This document shows, one piece after another, positions 7,504 to 17,850 of a stretch of DNA of 64,000 bases. The DNA is from Bythopirellula sp. (lineage in GTDB: Bacteria > Planctomycetota > Planctomycetia > Pirellulales > Lacipirellulaceae). The translations under genes and the position numbers were made by a program. Below the pieces are notes generated by a model. That model was given only the letters and a program-made list of their open reading frames with translations, did no database searches and had not been told where the DNA came from. Position 1 is the stretch's first letter. Each line of letters begins with the position of its first letter. The stretch covers positions 1,280,001 through 1,344,000 of the forward strand of contig OZ244170.1 of the NCBI GenBank assembly GCA_965216565.1, given 5' to 3'.

Positions 7504-10212
7504 TTAGGGCTGCAGCTCTGATTCTTGCTCTGGGGTTTTGAGGGAGGCCTCTGCCTGTTTTAGTAATTCACTCAACTCGCTGGCGTTATCTTGCTGAGGG
7601 TCGAGCTCAAGTGTTCGTCTCAAATGATAAATGGCACGCTTAGGTCTGTGGTATTCCGGCATGGCATAGATCGAAGCAACATAGCGATGCACTTTCGCGT
7701 AGTCGGGGTCGACTCGAAGTGCCCGTAGATAGAGGGCTAGTGCTTTGGGAATCTCCTTCCTGTTAAAGTGATGCACGCCCAGATTCGCAAGGGCAATGGC
7801 ATTCGGATAAAACGGCTTCGCAGCAACTGCCGCACGGAAATGCTCGATCGCTTCTTGCTCTTTGCCCTGCAGACGGTAGAGCTGAGCCAAATTGACGTGG
7901 GCAGCATCCTGCCGCGAATCGTACTCGATAGCCAACTTGTAGTGTGTCTCAGCAAGATCTAACTGTTCTCTTCTTCGATATATTAATCCTAGATTGTTAT
8001 GTAGGATGCTAAACTTGGGAGAGACTTTCAGAGCACGCTCTGCAATTTCAAGTGCTTCATCGTGTTCCCCTTTTTGGCTCATTAGGGCAGCCAGAGTTGC
8101 CAGGGCGCGAACTTGGCTGGGGTCGAATTTCAATGCGATTTGCAATTCTCGCATCGCTTGTTCAGTCCTGCCTTGATGGATGAGGATATTGGCCAGTCCA
8201 TCATGAGCAATTCCGTTGAGGCTATCCAACCGGATGGCGTTTTCGAAGGCATCGCGAGCTTCGTCAAACCGACCAAATACCAAGTGCAACATTCCGATCG
8301 CATTATTTGCACTAGGCCCTGTCGTGCCAGGATCCATTTCGAGTGCTTTGCGATAAAGGCTCAATCCTTCATTCGGATCGCCTCCTTGCACTGCGAGCTG
8401 GCCTTGAATCAGATAAGCCTGAGCCGATTCCGGCTCGATTGCAAGAGCCTTTTCCAGTGCCGATTGCGCCTCCTTGAAATCTCTTTGTCTGAGGTGGAGG
8501 CCCGCGATGCTTAGCCACAATCCTTCATTGTTGGGTTCTGTTTCGACCGCAAACTGCAAGTGTGTCATGGCTCGCTCGAGCTCACCCATTTGCTGGTAAG
8601 CATGTGCGAGGATCGATCGAGCGTAAACGTCCCCAGGACTTTCTGCCAAGGCCTGTTCCAAAATTGGGATAGCGCCGAGCGGATCTCCTTCGGCCTTCAA
8701 GTGCATTGCCTTCTGAACCATCTCCCATTGCAGCACTTGGTCTTTTGGGTCGAGTAGATATGCTTCCTCGATCTCGTCGTCGGAAGAAGTTTTGATATAG
8801 CCAAGAGCCGCGAGGCGACGCATCGCTTCGTCGTCGACTTCCATATTCCCCAGGTCGATGCCCCCCTTTTTCGCCAAGTAGGGATCGTCCCCAAGCCAAT
8901 TGGCTAGTTGGTTTCCGAATTCTTTTACAAGGTTAGGACTGTCATCGTGGAGATTGTTTATTTCACCTGGATCTTCTACCAGGTCGTAAAGTTCAGGAGT
9001 AGGAGCCAAGATATATTTGTAGTCATCCCTGCGCACACCGATAAGTGGTGCCCAACCATGCATCGTCATGGTAGCGATTGTTTCGATCAGTACCGATCGT
9101 TCATCCTCAGCGGATTGCTTACATAAGTTGATGCCATCCAACTCTGCTGGGACATCCATACCTAACAAGTGGAGGATTGTGGGTGCGACATCAATGAGGC
9201 ATGTCTGACGCTCAAGGATTTTGCCTGCGGGTAGTCCTCCGGGGGCATGCCAGATCATTGGGACATGCAGAGTAGAATCATAGACAAGAAGCGAGTGTGT
9301 TTGCTCGCCATGCTCACCCAATCCTTCGCCGTGGTCCGAGGTGTAGATCACTAATGTCTTATCACGGACACCCAGATCTTCTAACTGCGACAACAAAACT
9401 CCTATTTGAGAGTCGACATAGGCGATTTCGCCATCGTAGGGATCGTGCTTGTATTGACTGCGAAATGGTTCGGGTGGCAAATAGACGGCGTGGGGATCGA
9501 AGTAGTGGACCCACATGAAAAAGGGTTTGTCGTCCCCAGCATTTTCACGCAACCACTTGGTGGCAGGCTCATTCGTTAGCTCGGCAGCTCGTTCGCGAAA
9601 CATGTTGGCCGAGTACTTCATCCCTTTGGTCAAATCGTCGTGATACAGGTCGAAACCCTGATCTAGCCCGTAGCGGGAATCAAGGACAAAGGCTGATACG
9701 AATGCGCCCGTTTGATAGCCTTCCGCTTTTAGTCGTTCAGCGAGGGTTGTCACATCGTCTTGTAAACGAAAGGTACCATTGGCACGTGCCCCATGATTGT
9801 AAGGATACAATCCGGTCAATAAGGAGCTATGAGCTGGCAAGGTCGAAGGCGAAGGCGTGGTGGCGTGCGCACAAAGTATGCCATCGGCAGCGAGCCGATC
9901 GAGCACAGGGGTTTTCACTCCGCGATTGCCGTAACAACCGATGTGGTCGGCGCGGGTGGTGTCGGTTGTGATTACCAGAATGTTGTAGTCGCTGAGAGCT
10001 CCTAGCTGAGTATCAATGTGGTCTACTTCTTCGGAGTCTAAAGTAATTTCTCCAGTGATCGCTTCGCGTTCAAGCAATTGCTCGTAACGTCGTGCCAGTA
10101 GAGCCCAGAGGGAGGCGAAAAGAAGAACTCCGGCCAGGGCGATCCAGAAACGCTCGGGCCACTTTGACTGCTTACCAGAATTGCTGGCCGGTTGGGCTGA
10201 TTCGGACATCAA
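7504..10212 (-). CDS. Membrane-anchored sulfatase-like hydrolase/transferase with C-terminal TPR array
   Basis: N-terminal TM, ITTDTTRADH, STLPAHSSLLTG, HYFDPH, TSDHGE, HVPMI, ELYDL..DP.E, RLAALGY, followed by many TPRs. Confidence 0.9.
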   Translation of the reverse strand: MMSESAQPASNSGKQSKWPERFWIALAGVLLFASLWALLARRYEQLLEREAITGEITLDSEEVDHIDTQLGALSDYNILVITTDTTRADHIGCYGNRGVKTPVLDRLAADGILCAHATTPSPSTLPAHSSLLTGLYPYNHGARANGTFRLQDDVTTLAERLKAEGYQTGAFVSAFVLDSRYGLDQGFDLYHDDLTKGMKYSANMFRERAAELTNEPATKWLRENAGDDKPFFMWVHYFDPHAVYLPPEPFRSQYKHDPYDGEIAYVDSQIGVLLSQLEDLGVRDKTLVIYTSDHGEGLGEHGEQTHSLLVYDSTLHVPMIWHAPGGLPAGKILERQTCLIDVAPTILHLLGMDVPAELDGINLCKQSAEDERSVLIETIATMTMHGWAPLIGVRRDDYKYILAPTPELYDLVEDPGEINNLHDDSPNLVKEFGNQLANWLGDDPYLAKKGGIDLGNMEVDDEAMRRLAALGYIKTSSDDEIEEAYLLDPKDQVLQWEMVQKAMHLKAEGDPLGAIPILEQALAESPGDVYARSILAHAYQQMGELERAMTHLQFAVETEPNNEGLWLSIAGLHLRQRDFKEAQSALEKALAIEPESAQAYLIQGQLAVQGGDPNEGLSLYRKALEMDPGTTGPSANNAIGMLHLVFGRFDEARDAFENAIRLDSLNGIAHDGLANILIHQGRTEQAMRELQIALKFDPSQVRALATLAALMSQKGEHDEALEIAERALKVSPKFSILHNNLGLIYRRREQLDLAETHYKLAIEYDSRQDAAHVNLAQLYRLQGKEQEAIEHFRAAVAAKPFYPNAIALANLGVHHFNRKEIPKALALYLRALRVDPDYAKVHRYVASIYAMPEYHRPKRAIYHLRRTLELDPQQDNASELSELLKQAEASLKTPEQESELQP

Positions 10213-10320
10213 ATAAGTTCCCGATCCGTATGATTATTGGAGAGGCGATCTTTGCGAGTCCTTGGTGATGTTCCATTGTAGACTCACCACAGAGCACCGT
10301 CGCCCCGCTTTTGAGTTCAC

Positions 10321-10358
10321 AAAAAAATGAGCCGCAAACTCATTGAGTTGCGGCTCAT
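10321..10358 (-). terminator. Rho-independent terminator of PEP-CTERM gene
   Basis: ATGAGCCGCAA...TTGCGGCTCAT stem followed by a T7 tract on the minus strand. Confidence 0.85.
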
Positions 10359-10383
10359 GGGATCGTCTGGAATTCTCAGTGAC

Positions 10384-11547
10384 TTAGGCTAGAAGTCGCC
10401 GTTGCCGTCTTGCTCGGAAACCTAATCCCAAGGAAGCAAGGCCACACAACAGCAAAATGGGAGCGGCTGGTTCAGGAACATGCTCGATGCCAATGCTGGC
10501 TGTGGCGAGGAAAGGTACGGCGATTATTTGGCTTCCAGGAATAAAAGCCGTAAAAGTGCTCGCCCAAGTACTGCTCTTTAAGATAACCGTGCTTCCAAGT
10601 CGTCCGACATTGTGGACTAGAGTACTGCTTGCCACTCTATGAACAACGCCTGCCGGAAAGTGAATAAAGTGCCCAGTTGCGGGGTCCACGTTACGAGGAA
10701 TAACGTATGCACTTTGGAAATCGTTTTGGCTGGGATTGGCGTTTGGAAATGGGTTATTGCTATTCGCTTGATGTCCGCCTGCAGTGAGATGCAATCCCTC
10801 TAGATCGTTAATCGACGAAGGCACTAACACACGGTGGCTGTTTGCCCATTGCCACGTAGTTGATCCCGGCGTAGGGACGGGTATCGACGTGCTGCCAGGG
10901 CTGGAGGCAAGGTGAATGGTCGTCGTAGCCGTATTGATTCGTGTATAGACAAACGTTGAATTTGGTTGGTGGTAGATGTCGGCGAACTTCAAATTGATAT
11001 CGATGTCGCTGTTGTTGATGGGATTGGTATTCTTAGCGACCAAATCGAGCGTAATTGCGGGAAACGCGCTACTGGGATTCAGGGTGATACCTGAACCAAA
11101 AGCCGCCGGATGAAACACAGGGAAGATCTCAGCGGTGCTACCTGGTGCAGGGCCACCACCTGGGGTTGCTCCCGATAGGGGGAAGGAATGTGGCTGAGGA
11201 ACGCCGCCTACTTTGACTGCAACGATATCGACTTCCGAGGGATCAGCGAGATGAACTTCTACTAAGACGCCAGCCCAATTGGGTAGCGCAAAACCAGAAG
11301 AATTATGCACGTCGATCGGAATCGAAATCGACTGGCCAGCGGACATCTGGGGAGTCTTAATGTCGGTGATCAAACCGCCATTGGGGTCGGGAAGGCCGCC
11401 AGAAGTTGCGCCGAGTGGAGTTGGGGGCGCTCCGCCTGGACCCGTCAAGAATTGGCCAAGAGCGGATTCTAAATCCAATCCACTGAAAGCTAGGAAACAG
11501 ATTGCGGTCAGAGAAACGAAAACGAATCTATGGTACCCGGACTTCAT
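10384..11547 (-). CDS. Secreted PEP-CTERM sorting-signal protein
   Basis: Signal peptide (MKSGYHRFVFVSLTAICFLAF..., GAGG upstream). C-terminal VPEP + hydrophobic helix + RARRQRR. Confidence 0.88.
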   Translation of the reverse strand: MKSGYHRFVFVSLTAICFLAFSGLDLESALGQFLTGPGGAPPTPLGATSGGLPDPNGGLITDIKTPQMSAGQSISIPIDVHNSSGFALPNWAGVLVEVHLADPSEVDIVAVKVGGVPQPHSFPLSGATPGGGPAPGSTAEIFPVFHPAAFGSGITLNPSSAFPAITLDLVAKNTNPINNSDIDINLKFADIYHQPNSTFVYTRINTATTTIHLASSPGSTSIPVPTPGSTTWQWANSHRVLVPSSINDLEGLHLTAGGHQANSNNPFPNANPSQNDFQSAYVIPRNVDPATGHFIHFPAGVVHRVASSTLVHNVGRLGSTVILKSSTWASTFTAFIPGSQIIAVPFLATASIGIEHVPEPAAPILLLCGLASLGLGFRARRQRRLLA

Positions 11548-11846
11548 GAGAGCTATCCTCCAACAAGAGCCGAACATATACGCAGAACGCAACGCAAAGA
11601 ATCTCCCCAGCTCTGTTCCCCTAGAAGTGTGCTAGGTAATACCAAAGCACATCTCTAGAATATCCGAAATCTTGTACCTGATGAAGCTAAAATCAAAAGA
11701 AATTGTCACTATTCCAGACGTCTGATCCTCAAATAGCCAAATGACCTAATCTAGCTAGTAGGATTGATACTCTGGATAAAACAATTGAGATGAAGTCCAA
11801 CTGACTATCCGGGTCAACCTCTTGGCTCGGTCGTGCCCGTAACCTA

Positions 11847-14800
11847 TTGGGCGTTAATACCTTGCGGAACCTATTGATCTATCTAATGTTCTTCATAAGC
11901 GGGGCCACTGGTCTTGTTTACGAAGTAATATGGATGCGGGAGCTGCGTCTCGTACTTGGTAGCTCTGTAGAGGCAGCCTCGACGGTTCTGGCTACCTTCT
12001 TAGGGGGGCTCGCCGTTGGCAGTTTTCTAGGTGCGCGGCTTTCTGTGAAGACGAATCCCCTCCGACGCTATGCGTGGGCAGAGTTGATTGTCGCCATTTC
12101 AGCATTAGGTGTGCTGCTTTGGATAGCCGTTTATCAATCTGTGTATCCAACACTCTATGCGTGGTGCGATGGAAACCCGGCAGCATTAAGGTTGGTCCAA
12201 GTGATGTTGTCGCTGATGGCCATGGGACCGCCAACGATTGCCATGGGGACGACCCTGCCTTTGATCTCTCGCGAGATTGTAAAGAGCATGAATCGTTTCG
12301 CCTGGCATACGGGATTGCTATACGCAGTCAACACGTTGGGCGCAATGTCAGGTGCTTTTCTTGCAGGTTTCTATTTGCCCATCTGGCTGGGGATGCAGGG
12401 CAGTATCTTCGTAGCGGCCACAATTAATGTCTTGGTGGGAATCGCTGCTTGGGTGCTTTCAAATCAAAGTTCCGCTGTTGAGACAAGGCCAGAGGCTCGG
12501 GAGAGCAGAGATTCTTCTTCGACAGTAGCAAGAACAAGTGTAGCATTCCCTTTATTGCTGTTAGCGGGGCTGTCCGGCTTTGGAAGTTTGTCGCTGGAAG
12601 TCGTCTACTTTCGTATGTTGAGCTATCACACAGAAGGTTCGGTCTACAGCTTTTCTTTGATGCTTGTTTTTGTGCTCGGCTTTCTCGCCTTGGCGGCTTT
12701 ATGGGTGGCCCGCACTCTCGACGAACAAGACGCATGGCGGTTCCTGGCGTGGACTCAATGGGCCGTTGTCATGGTGCTGATGATTACGCCACTGGTGTTT
12801 GGCGGCTTACCCTATTTTGCGGGTTACGAGGCTGAAGACACATTTGGCGAGCGGATGATTCGATATGCAGTTACTAGCGCTGCAATTCTCGGGCCATCCA
12901 TGTTACTGATCGGAGTTGTCTTGCCATGCACGTGGAAAATTGCGGCCAAGGAACTTGCGGAGAGTGGGAAGGTGGTTGGCCTACTCACAGGAGTGAACAC
13001 CTTGGCGGCTGTTGCTGGTTCCTTGGTAACAGGATTTCTGATCTTGCCCTTTAGCGGTCTGGGAATAACAACATTTGCGGTGACCTGTATCTATGGATGC
13101 ATCGCAATACTGTCGATGCTTTACGGCTTTCGAGGATTTCGGCGGTGGTTGGGCAGTGGAGTCTGTTTGGCAATGATCGTGGTCTGGTTTCTGATAGGTG
13201 GCTGGCGCGTTCAACTACTAAGACTTGAGCAAGGACAGAAACTTATTAGTTTCAACGATGGGGCCGATGCTACTGTCGCGGTGATTGAGCGAGCCGATGG
13301 ACATCGCGTGCTTAAAGTGAACCACGACTATACCCTCGGCTCCAGTGCCGGTGCAGACCGTGAGGTTCGGCAGGGCCGACTCCCTTTGGTAATGCATCCT
13401 GACCCTAAGCGTATTGCATTTGTGGGAGTTGCTACCGGGATGACCGTAAGTGCGGCATTGGACTTTCCGGTGGATCGCGTTGCTGCTGTGGAACTGCTGC
13501 AAGGAGTCGCCGACGCTTTGCCATCGTTTTCTGAATGGAACGGGAACATAGCGAACCACCCCGATATTGAGATAGTCGTAGAGGATGGCCGTAACTTTCT
13601 GGCAGGAACCAGTGAGCCGTTCGATGTTATCATCAGCGACCTATTTGTTCCCTGGCACGCGGGGACCGGAGATCTCTATAGCGTAGAGAACTATCAGGCG
13701 GCTCGAAATCGATTGGCACCCGGTGGAATATTCGCGCAATCTCTGCCCGGCTATCAGCTCTCGGTCGAAGAGTTACGCAGTATTACGGCTAGCATGCTCC
13801 AAGTGTTCCCGAACATCGTGCTGTGGCGAAATGACTACGACCTCGAGTATCCGATCCTTTGTCTTACAGGTTTTCGCGATGAGCTGTCGCTAGAGCCTGA
13901 GGCAGTCGCGCAACATGCAAAAAGGTTTAGAGCTACTACGCTAACGCCTGCCAAGTTTTTAGCCGACCCCTCTGGTTTGCCTCTGCTGTTTGTCTGTGGC
14001 CCCAAGGAATTGGAAAAGTGGTGCGAAGGGGCTGCTTTGAACACAGACAACTACCCACTAATAGAATTCAGCTCTCCCAAGAGTCTATTTGAGCATAGGC
14101 AACACGAGATGGAGCCCATTCACGATCTATTGGCTGAACTACGTTCCCATCATTGGCCTTTTGCGCAAGAACTGGGAGATAAGCCGGTGCAAGAATTGTT
14201 TCGAATCACAGATCTAGTAGTCGCAGCACAGCAAGCCTTTCGGGAACATAATTTTGAGCGAGAATTTCGTAAGGTTCGAGAGCTCGCACAACTCGCGAGT
14301 GACTCACCCTCTGTGACAGGCTATGTGATGTTTGTGGCGAAGCGTTATCAGAAAAGAAAAATGAATGAGCGTGGCGTTGAGTTGTTGGAACTACTCACCG
14401 AATCGGAAAATCCTCCAATCGCTGTCCAACTCTCGCTTGCTACCGAGCATATATCTATGGGCAATAATGCGAAAGCGATACAACAACTTAAGAAAGCTGC
14501 TGAAAAGGCTCCTGATTCTTACCGAGTGCATAAGAGCCTTGTGGAACTATTGGATCGGGAGAAGGATCATGTAGGAGCGGAGCAGTATCTTCGCAAACTC
14601 ATAGAATTGAAACCTGAGGATCAGTTCTTGAGGATCGATCTCGCTAAGAATCTCCACCAGCAAGGAGATTTTGAAAAAGCACAATCAGAAGTTGGGAAAC
14701 TTATTGAAGAGTGGCGCGGTTCCAACAGTAAGGACGTTTGGAAATATCTGCGAACTTCAGGCCTGGGGCGATACATCGATCGATCAGATCGAGCCAGTTC

Positions 14801-14858
14801 TGAGGACGAACTGGCACCAGCAGAGACAACGACGACGAACCCGGCAGAAAAGAATTGA
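11847..14858 (+). CDS. Fused multi-TM (MFS-like) / spermidine synthase-like SAM-fold protein with TPR tail
   Basis: FFISGATGLVYEVIW, LYAVNTLGA, VGVATGMT, VELL, EDGRNFL, FDVIISD, NTDNYPLIEF and C-terminal TPRs. Confidence 0.88.
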   Translation: MGVNTLRNLLIYLMFFISGATGLVYEVIWMRELRLVLGSSVEAASTVLATFLGGLAVGSFLGARLSVKTNPLRRYAWAELIVAISALGVLLWIAVYQSVYPTLYAWCDGNPAALRLVQVMLSLMAMGPPTIAMGTTLPLISREIVKSMNRFAWHTGLLYAVNTLGAMSGAFLAGFYLPIWLGMQGSIFVAATINVLVGIAAWVLSNQSSAVETRPEARESRDSSSTVARTSVAFPLLLLAGLSGFGSLSLEVVYFRMLSYHTEGSVYSFSLMLVFVLGFLALAALWVARTLDEQDAWRFLAWTQWAVVMVLMITPLVFGGLPYFAGYEAEDTFGERMIRYAVTSAAILGPSMLLIGVVLPCTWKIAAKELAESGKVVGLLTGVNTLAAVAGSLVTGFLILPFSGLGITTFAVTCIYGCIAILSMLYGFRGFRRWLGSGVCLAMIVVWFLIGGWRVQLLRLEQGQKLISFNDGADATVAVIERADGHRVLKVNHDYTLGSSAGADREVRQGRLPLVMHPDPKRIAFVGVATGMTVSAALDFPVDRVAAVELLQGVADALPSFSEWNGNIANHPDIEIVVEDGRNFLAGTSEPFDVIISDLFVPWHAGTGDLYSVENYQAARNRLAPGGIFAQSLPGYQLSVEELRSITASMLQVFPNIVLWRNDYDLEYPILCLTGFRDELSLEPEAVAQHAKRFRATTLTPAKFLADPSGLPLLFVCGPKELEKWCEGAALNTDNYPLIEFSSPKSLFEHRQHEMEPIHDLLAELRSHHWPFAQELGDKPVQELFRITDLVVAAQQAFREHNFEREFRKVRELAQLASDSPSVTGYVMFVAKRYQKRKMNERGVELLELLTESENPPIAVQLSLATEHISMGNNAKAIQQLKKAAEKAPDSYRVHKSLVELLDREKDHVGAEQYLRKLIELKPEDQFLRIDLAKNLHQQGDFEKAQSEVGKLIEEWRGSNSKDVWKYLRTSGLGRYIDRSDRASSEDELAPAETTTTNPAEKN

Positions 14859-14921
14859 CAAGGCATGCGAGTTTATCTCTTTGCCATCATGAATTGCTTT
14901 TAGAATCTGAAGATAACAATT

Positions 14922-15521
14922 ATGGCTGCTAAAGATTCCTCATTCGTCACGATTATTTCGGGCCTACCTCGTTCCGGTACGTCCATGATGATGCAGATGG
15001 TCGCCGCCGGGGGCATGAAGGTGTTGACTGATCAGGTTCGAGAGGCAGACGATGACAATCTAAAGGGATATTTTGAGTTTGAGCCTGTCAAAGCCACTAA
15101 ACAGGACAACTCTTGGGTTAAGCAGGCAGTGGGCAAGGCGGTGAAAGCTATTTACGCTTTCTTGATCGACTTGCCACCTGAATACGAATATCGAGTAATC
15201 TTTATGAGACGTCCGTTGCAGGAGGCCTTGCGTTCTCAGCAGAAGATGCTTCAAAGACTGGGGCAAAAGGGGGCTACCGCAGACCCGGAGCAATTGACTT
15301 CAATCTTTGAGCGCCAGCTTGCGAAAACTGAAAGATGGCTGGCCGAACAACAAAACTTTCGGTGCCTGGATATGCACTATAGTCACGTTATTCAGGACCC
15401 CCTTGCTGCGGCGAATGCGATTTGTGAGTTCCTCGATACTCCACTCGATACACAAGCCATGTCAGCGGCGGTGGATCCTTCACTCTATCGTCAACGTAGG
15501 CTTGAAACGGAGAAGGAGTGA
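14922..15521 (+). CDS. Sulfotransferase family protein
   Basis: IISGLPRSGTSMMM PAPS-binding loop; IFMRRP...SQ 3'-phosphate motif. Confidence 0.85.
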   Translation: MAAKDSSFVTIISGLPRSGTSMMMQMVAAGGMKVLTDQVREADDDNLKGYFEFEPVKATKQDNSWVKQAVGKAVKAIYAFLIDLPPEYEYRVIFMRRPLQEALRSQQKMLQRLGQKGATADPEQLTSIFERQLAKTERWLAEQQNFRCLDMHYSHVIQDPLAAANAICEFLDTPLDTQAMSAAVDPSLYRQRRLETEKE

Positions 15522-15648
15522 GGCTACGAATTTGACAGTAGGTATATAGACGATGACAATAGCAAGTGCGTTTTAAGTGGAGACGCTTAAGACTGAGTTG
15601 TGGCCATTGGTCGGTTACGCCATCGCGCAAATACAAGTGTTACGCCAC

Positions 15649-17811
15649 ATGGTTCTTCATCTACTCGCAAGATACCTGCCGTTGCTATTGATTGCTTGTG
15701 CCGTGGTGGGCCCATTGGTTTTCTCTCACGTCGCTGCAGCGCAGACACAAGACGGTAACATCGGCCTCGCTTACATTGGTCCAGGTGCCGGTATTGCACT
15801 GTTCGGGTCGTTCTTGGCGGTGCTGATTGCCATGCTTTCCGCCTTTCTGGCAATTGTCACTTGGCCGGCACGTTGGGCGTGGCGATTTGTCCGAGGTTAT
15901 AAATCAAGAATGAAAGCCAAAGTTCGTAGGGTCGTGATTTTGGGTCTCGACGGGCTCGATCCGGATCTTGTCGATGAATATCTCGAAGAGGGGTTGCTCC
16001 CCAATCTTGCTCAATTGAAAGCGGAGGGAACCTACGCCAGATTGGGCACTACGTGGCCGCCGCTTTCACCCGTTGCCTGGTCGTCGTTCAGCACGGGCTC
16101 CAATCCAGGGAAACACAATATCTTCGATTTTGTATCGATCAATAACTCGACTTATCGTCCGCTAATGTCATCGGTTCGCATTCAACCGCCCCAACGACAT
16201 CTAGGCATAGGCAAGTATCGTATGCCTTTATCAAGACCTCGCATCGATGGGCTCCGGAAGAGCAAGCCATTTTGGAATGTACTGGGAGAGGCAGGAGTTT
16301 TCAGCGCGATCCTGCGAGTGCCGATCACTTTTCCGCCTGACAAATTCTATGGACTTCAATTGTCGGCCATGTGCGTTCCCGACTTGCACGGAACACAAGG
16401 CATGTTTGCCTATTTCTCTGAAGAAGGCAAAGAGGAAACGAACAAGAATGGAGATGCGGAGAGGACAGACCTTTCGGTTCAAAGAGACACTTCTGGCGTA
16501 ACCGGCTACCTGCCCGGCCCCGAGAATCCGCTCCGCAAAGATGGCCAGCAAGTGTCCTTACGTTTTGATGTTAAAAGGAATGCAAAGGGAAAGATCCTAC
16601 TATCAATTGCAGGCCAGTCCATTGAGCTCACTCCCCATGAACACAGCGAATGGGTACAGCTCCGTTTTCCTCTAGCTCCGGGAGTGAAGATCCGAGGGGT
16701 GTGCCGTTTCGTGCTCAAGCGTTTCGAGCCGCCCTTTGAGATGTATTGCACGCCGGTGAATATCGATCCCGACAAGCCAGTCTTGCCAATCTCGCACCCG
16801 AAAGTGTACGCCACCTATCTGGCTAAGCAACAAGGACCCTATGCGACGCTCGGACTGGCGGAAGACACGTCTTCGTTGTCGGAAGAGAAGATCACAGAGG
16901 ATGATTTTTTGGAACAAGCCTACGACATTCACTTAGAACGACAGAAGATGTTCTTTGACTCGCTGCAAAAGGTCCGCCGTGGGTTGATAACATGTGTATT
17001 CGACGGTCCGGACCGCATTCAACACATGTTCTGGAGGTTCATGGATGAGCGCCACCCGGCACGAGGCAGCGATCAAAAGCATCTCGAAAAGCATCGCGGT
17101 ACCATCCAGGAGATGTACTCAAGAATGGATGATTTGGTAGGTCGAACGAGGGAAGCTATCGACGAGAAGACGGCACTCGTGGTGATGTCTGACCATGGTT
17201 TTAAGCCGTTCCGACGTGGAGTTGATTTAAACGCCTGGCTGCTAGAAAACGGCTATCTGAAACTAAAGCAGAATGCAACGAATTCAGCAAACGAGTACCT
17301 GGAAGATGTGGATTGGTCGGAGACGCAAGCCTATGCAATTGGCTTGGCGGGGATATTTATTAATCAACGTGGCAGAGAAGCTGAAGGAATCGTCAAGCCA
17401 GGTACGGAGACGGAGGAGCTTGTCAAACAACTGTGCGAACAGTTAACTGGCTTAGCCGACCCTATGTGCGAAGAAGTAGCCATTCAACAGGCAGTCGCGC
17501 GAGAGGATGTCTACAGCGGCCCCTATGTGGACGCAGCGCCGGACCTGATCGTTGGCTACAACGTAGGCTATCGGGTGAGTTGGGATGCAGCCAATGGCAA
17601 GTGCGGGTCAGCAATATTCTCCGATAATAAGAAGGCCTGGAGCGGCGATCATTGTATCCATCCTGAACTCGTGCCGGGAGTTTTATTCAGCAATATAGAT
17701 CTTCGAAACGAGAAGCCGAACATTGTCGATCTCGCACCGACTGTTCTTGATCTTTTTGGCGTTAGCAAACCCGCTTACATGGATGGAGATTCGTTAGTCG
17801 CCGCGACCTAG
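15649..17811 (+). CDS. Alkaline phosphatase superfamily / type I phosphodiesterase-nucleotide pyrophosphatase, membrane-anchored
   Basis: LGLDGLD, TWPPLSPVAW, DRIQHMFW, SDHGF, WSGDH. Signal-like segment + AYIGPGAG + TM at the N-terminus. Start uncertain (15577-15649). Confidence 0.87.
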   Translation: MVLHLLARYLPLLLIACAVVGPLVFSHVAAAQTQDGNIGLAYIGPGAGIALFGSFLAVLIAMLSAFLAIVTWPARWAWRFVRGYKSRMKAKVRRVVILGLDGLDPDLVDEYLEEGLLPNLAQLKAEGTYARLGTTWPPLSPVAWSSFSTGSNPGKHNIFDFVSINNSTYRPLMSSVRIQPPQRHLGIGKYRMPLSRPRIDGLRKSKPFWNVLGEAGVFSAILRVPITFPPDKFYGLQLSAMCVPDLHGTQGMFAYFSEEGKEETNKNGDAERTDLSVQRDTSGVTGYLPGPENPLRKDGQQVSLRFDVKRNAKGKILLSIAGQSIELTPHEHSEWVQLRFPLAPGVKIRGVCRFVLKRFEPPFEMYCTPVNIDPDKPVLPISHPKVYATYLAKQQGPYATLGLAEDTSSLSEEKITEDDFLEQAYDIHLERQKMFFDSLQKVRRGLITCVFDGPDRIQHMFWRFMDERHPARGSDQKHLEKHRGTIQEMYSRMDDLVGRTREAIDEKTALVVMSDHGFKPFRRGVDLNAWLLENGYLKLKQNATNSANEYLEDVDWSETQAYAIGLAGIFINQRGREAEGIVKPGTETEELVKQLCEQLTGLADPMCEEVAIQQAVAREDVYSGPYVDAAPDLIVGYNVGYRVSWDAANGKCGSAIFSDNKKAWSGDHCIHPELVPGVLFSNIDLRNEKPNIVDLAPTVLDLFGVSKPAYMDGDSLVAAT

Positions 17812-17850
17812 TGGCTCCGGCGAGAACTTACTTCTTCAAGGTAATAATCT

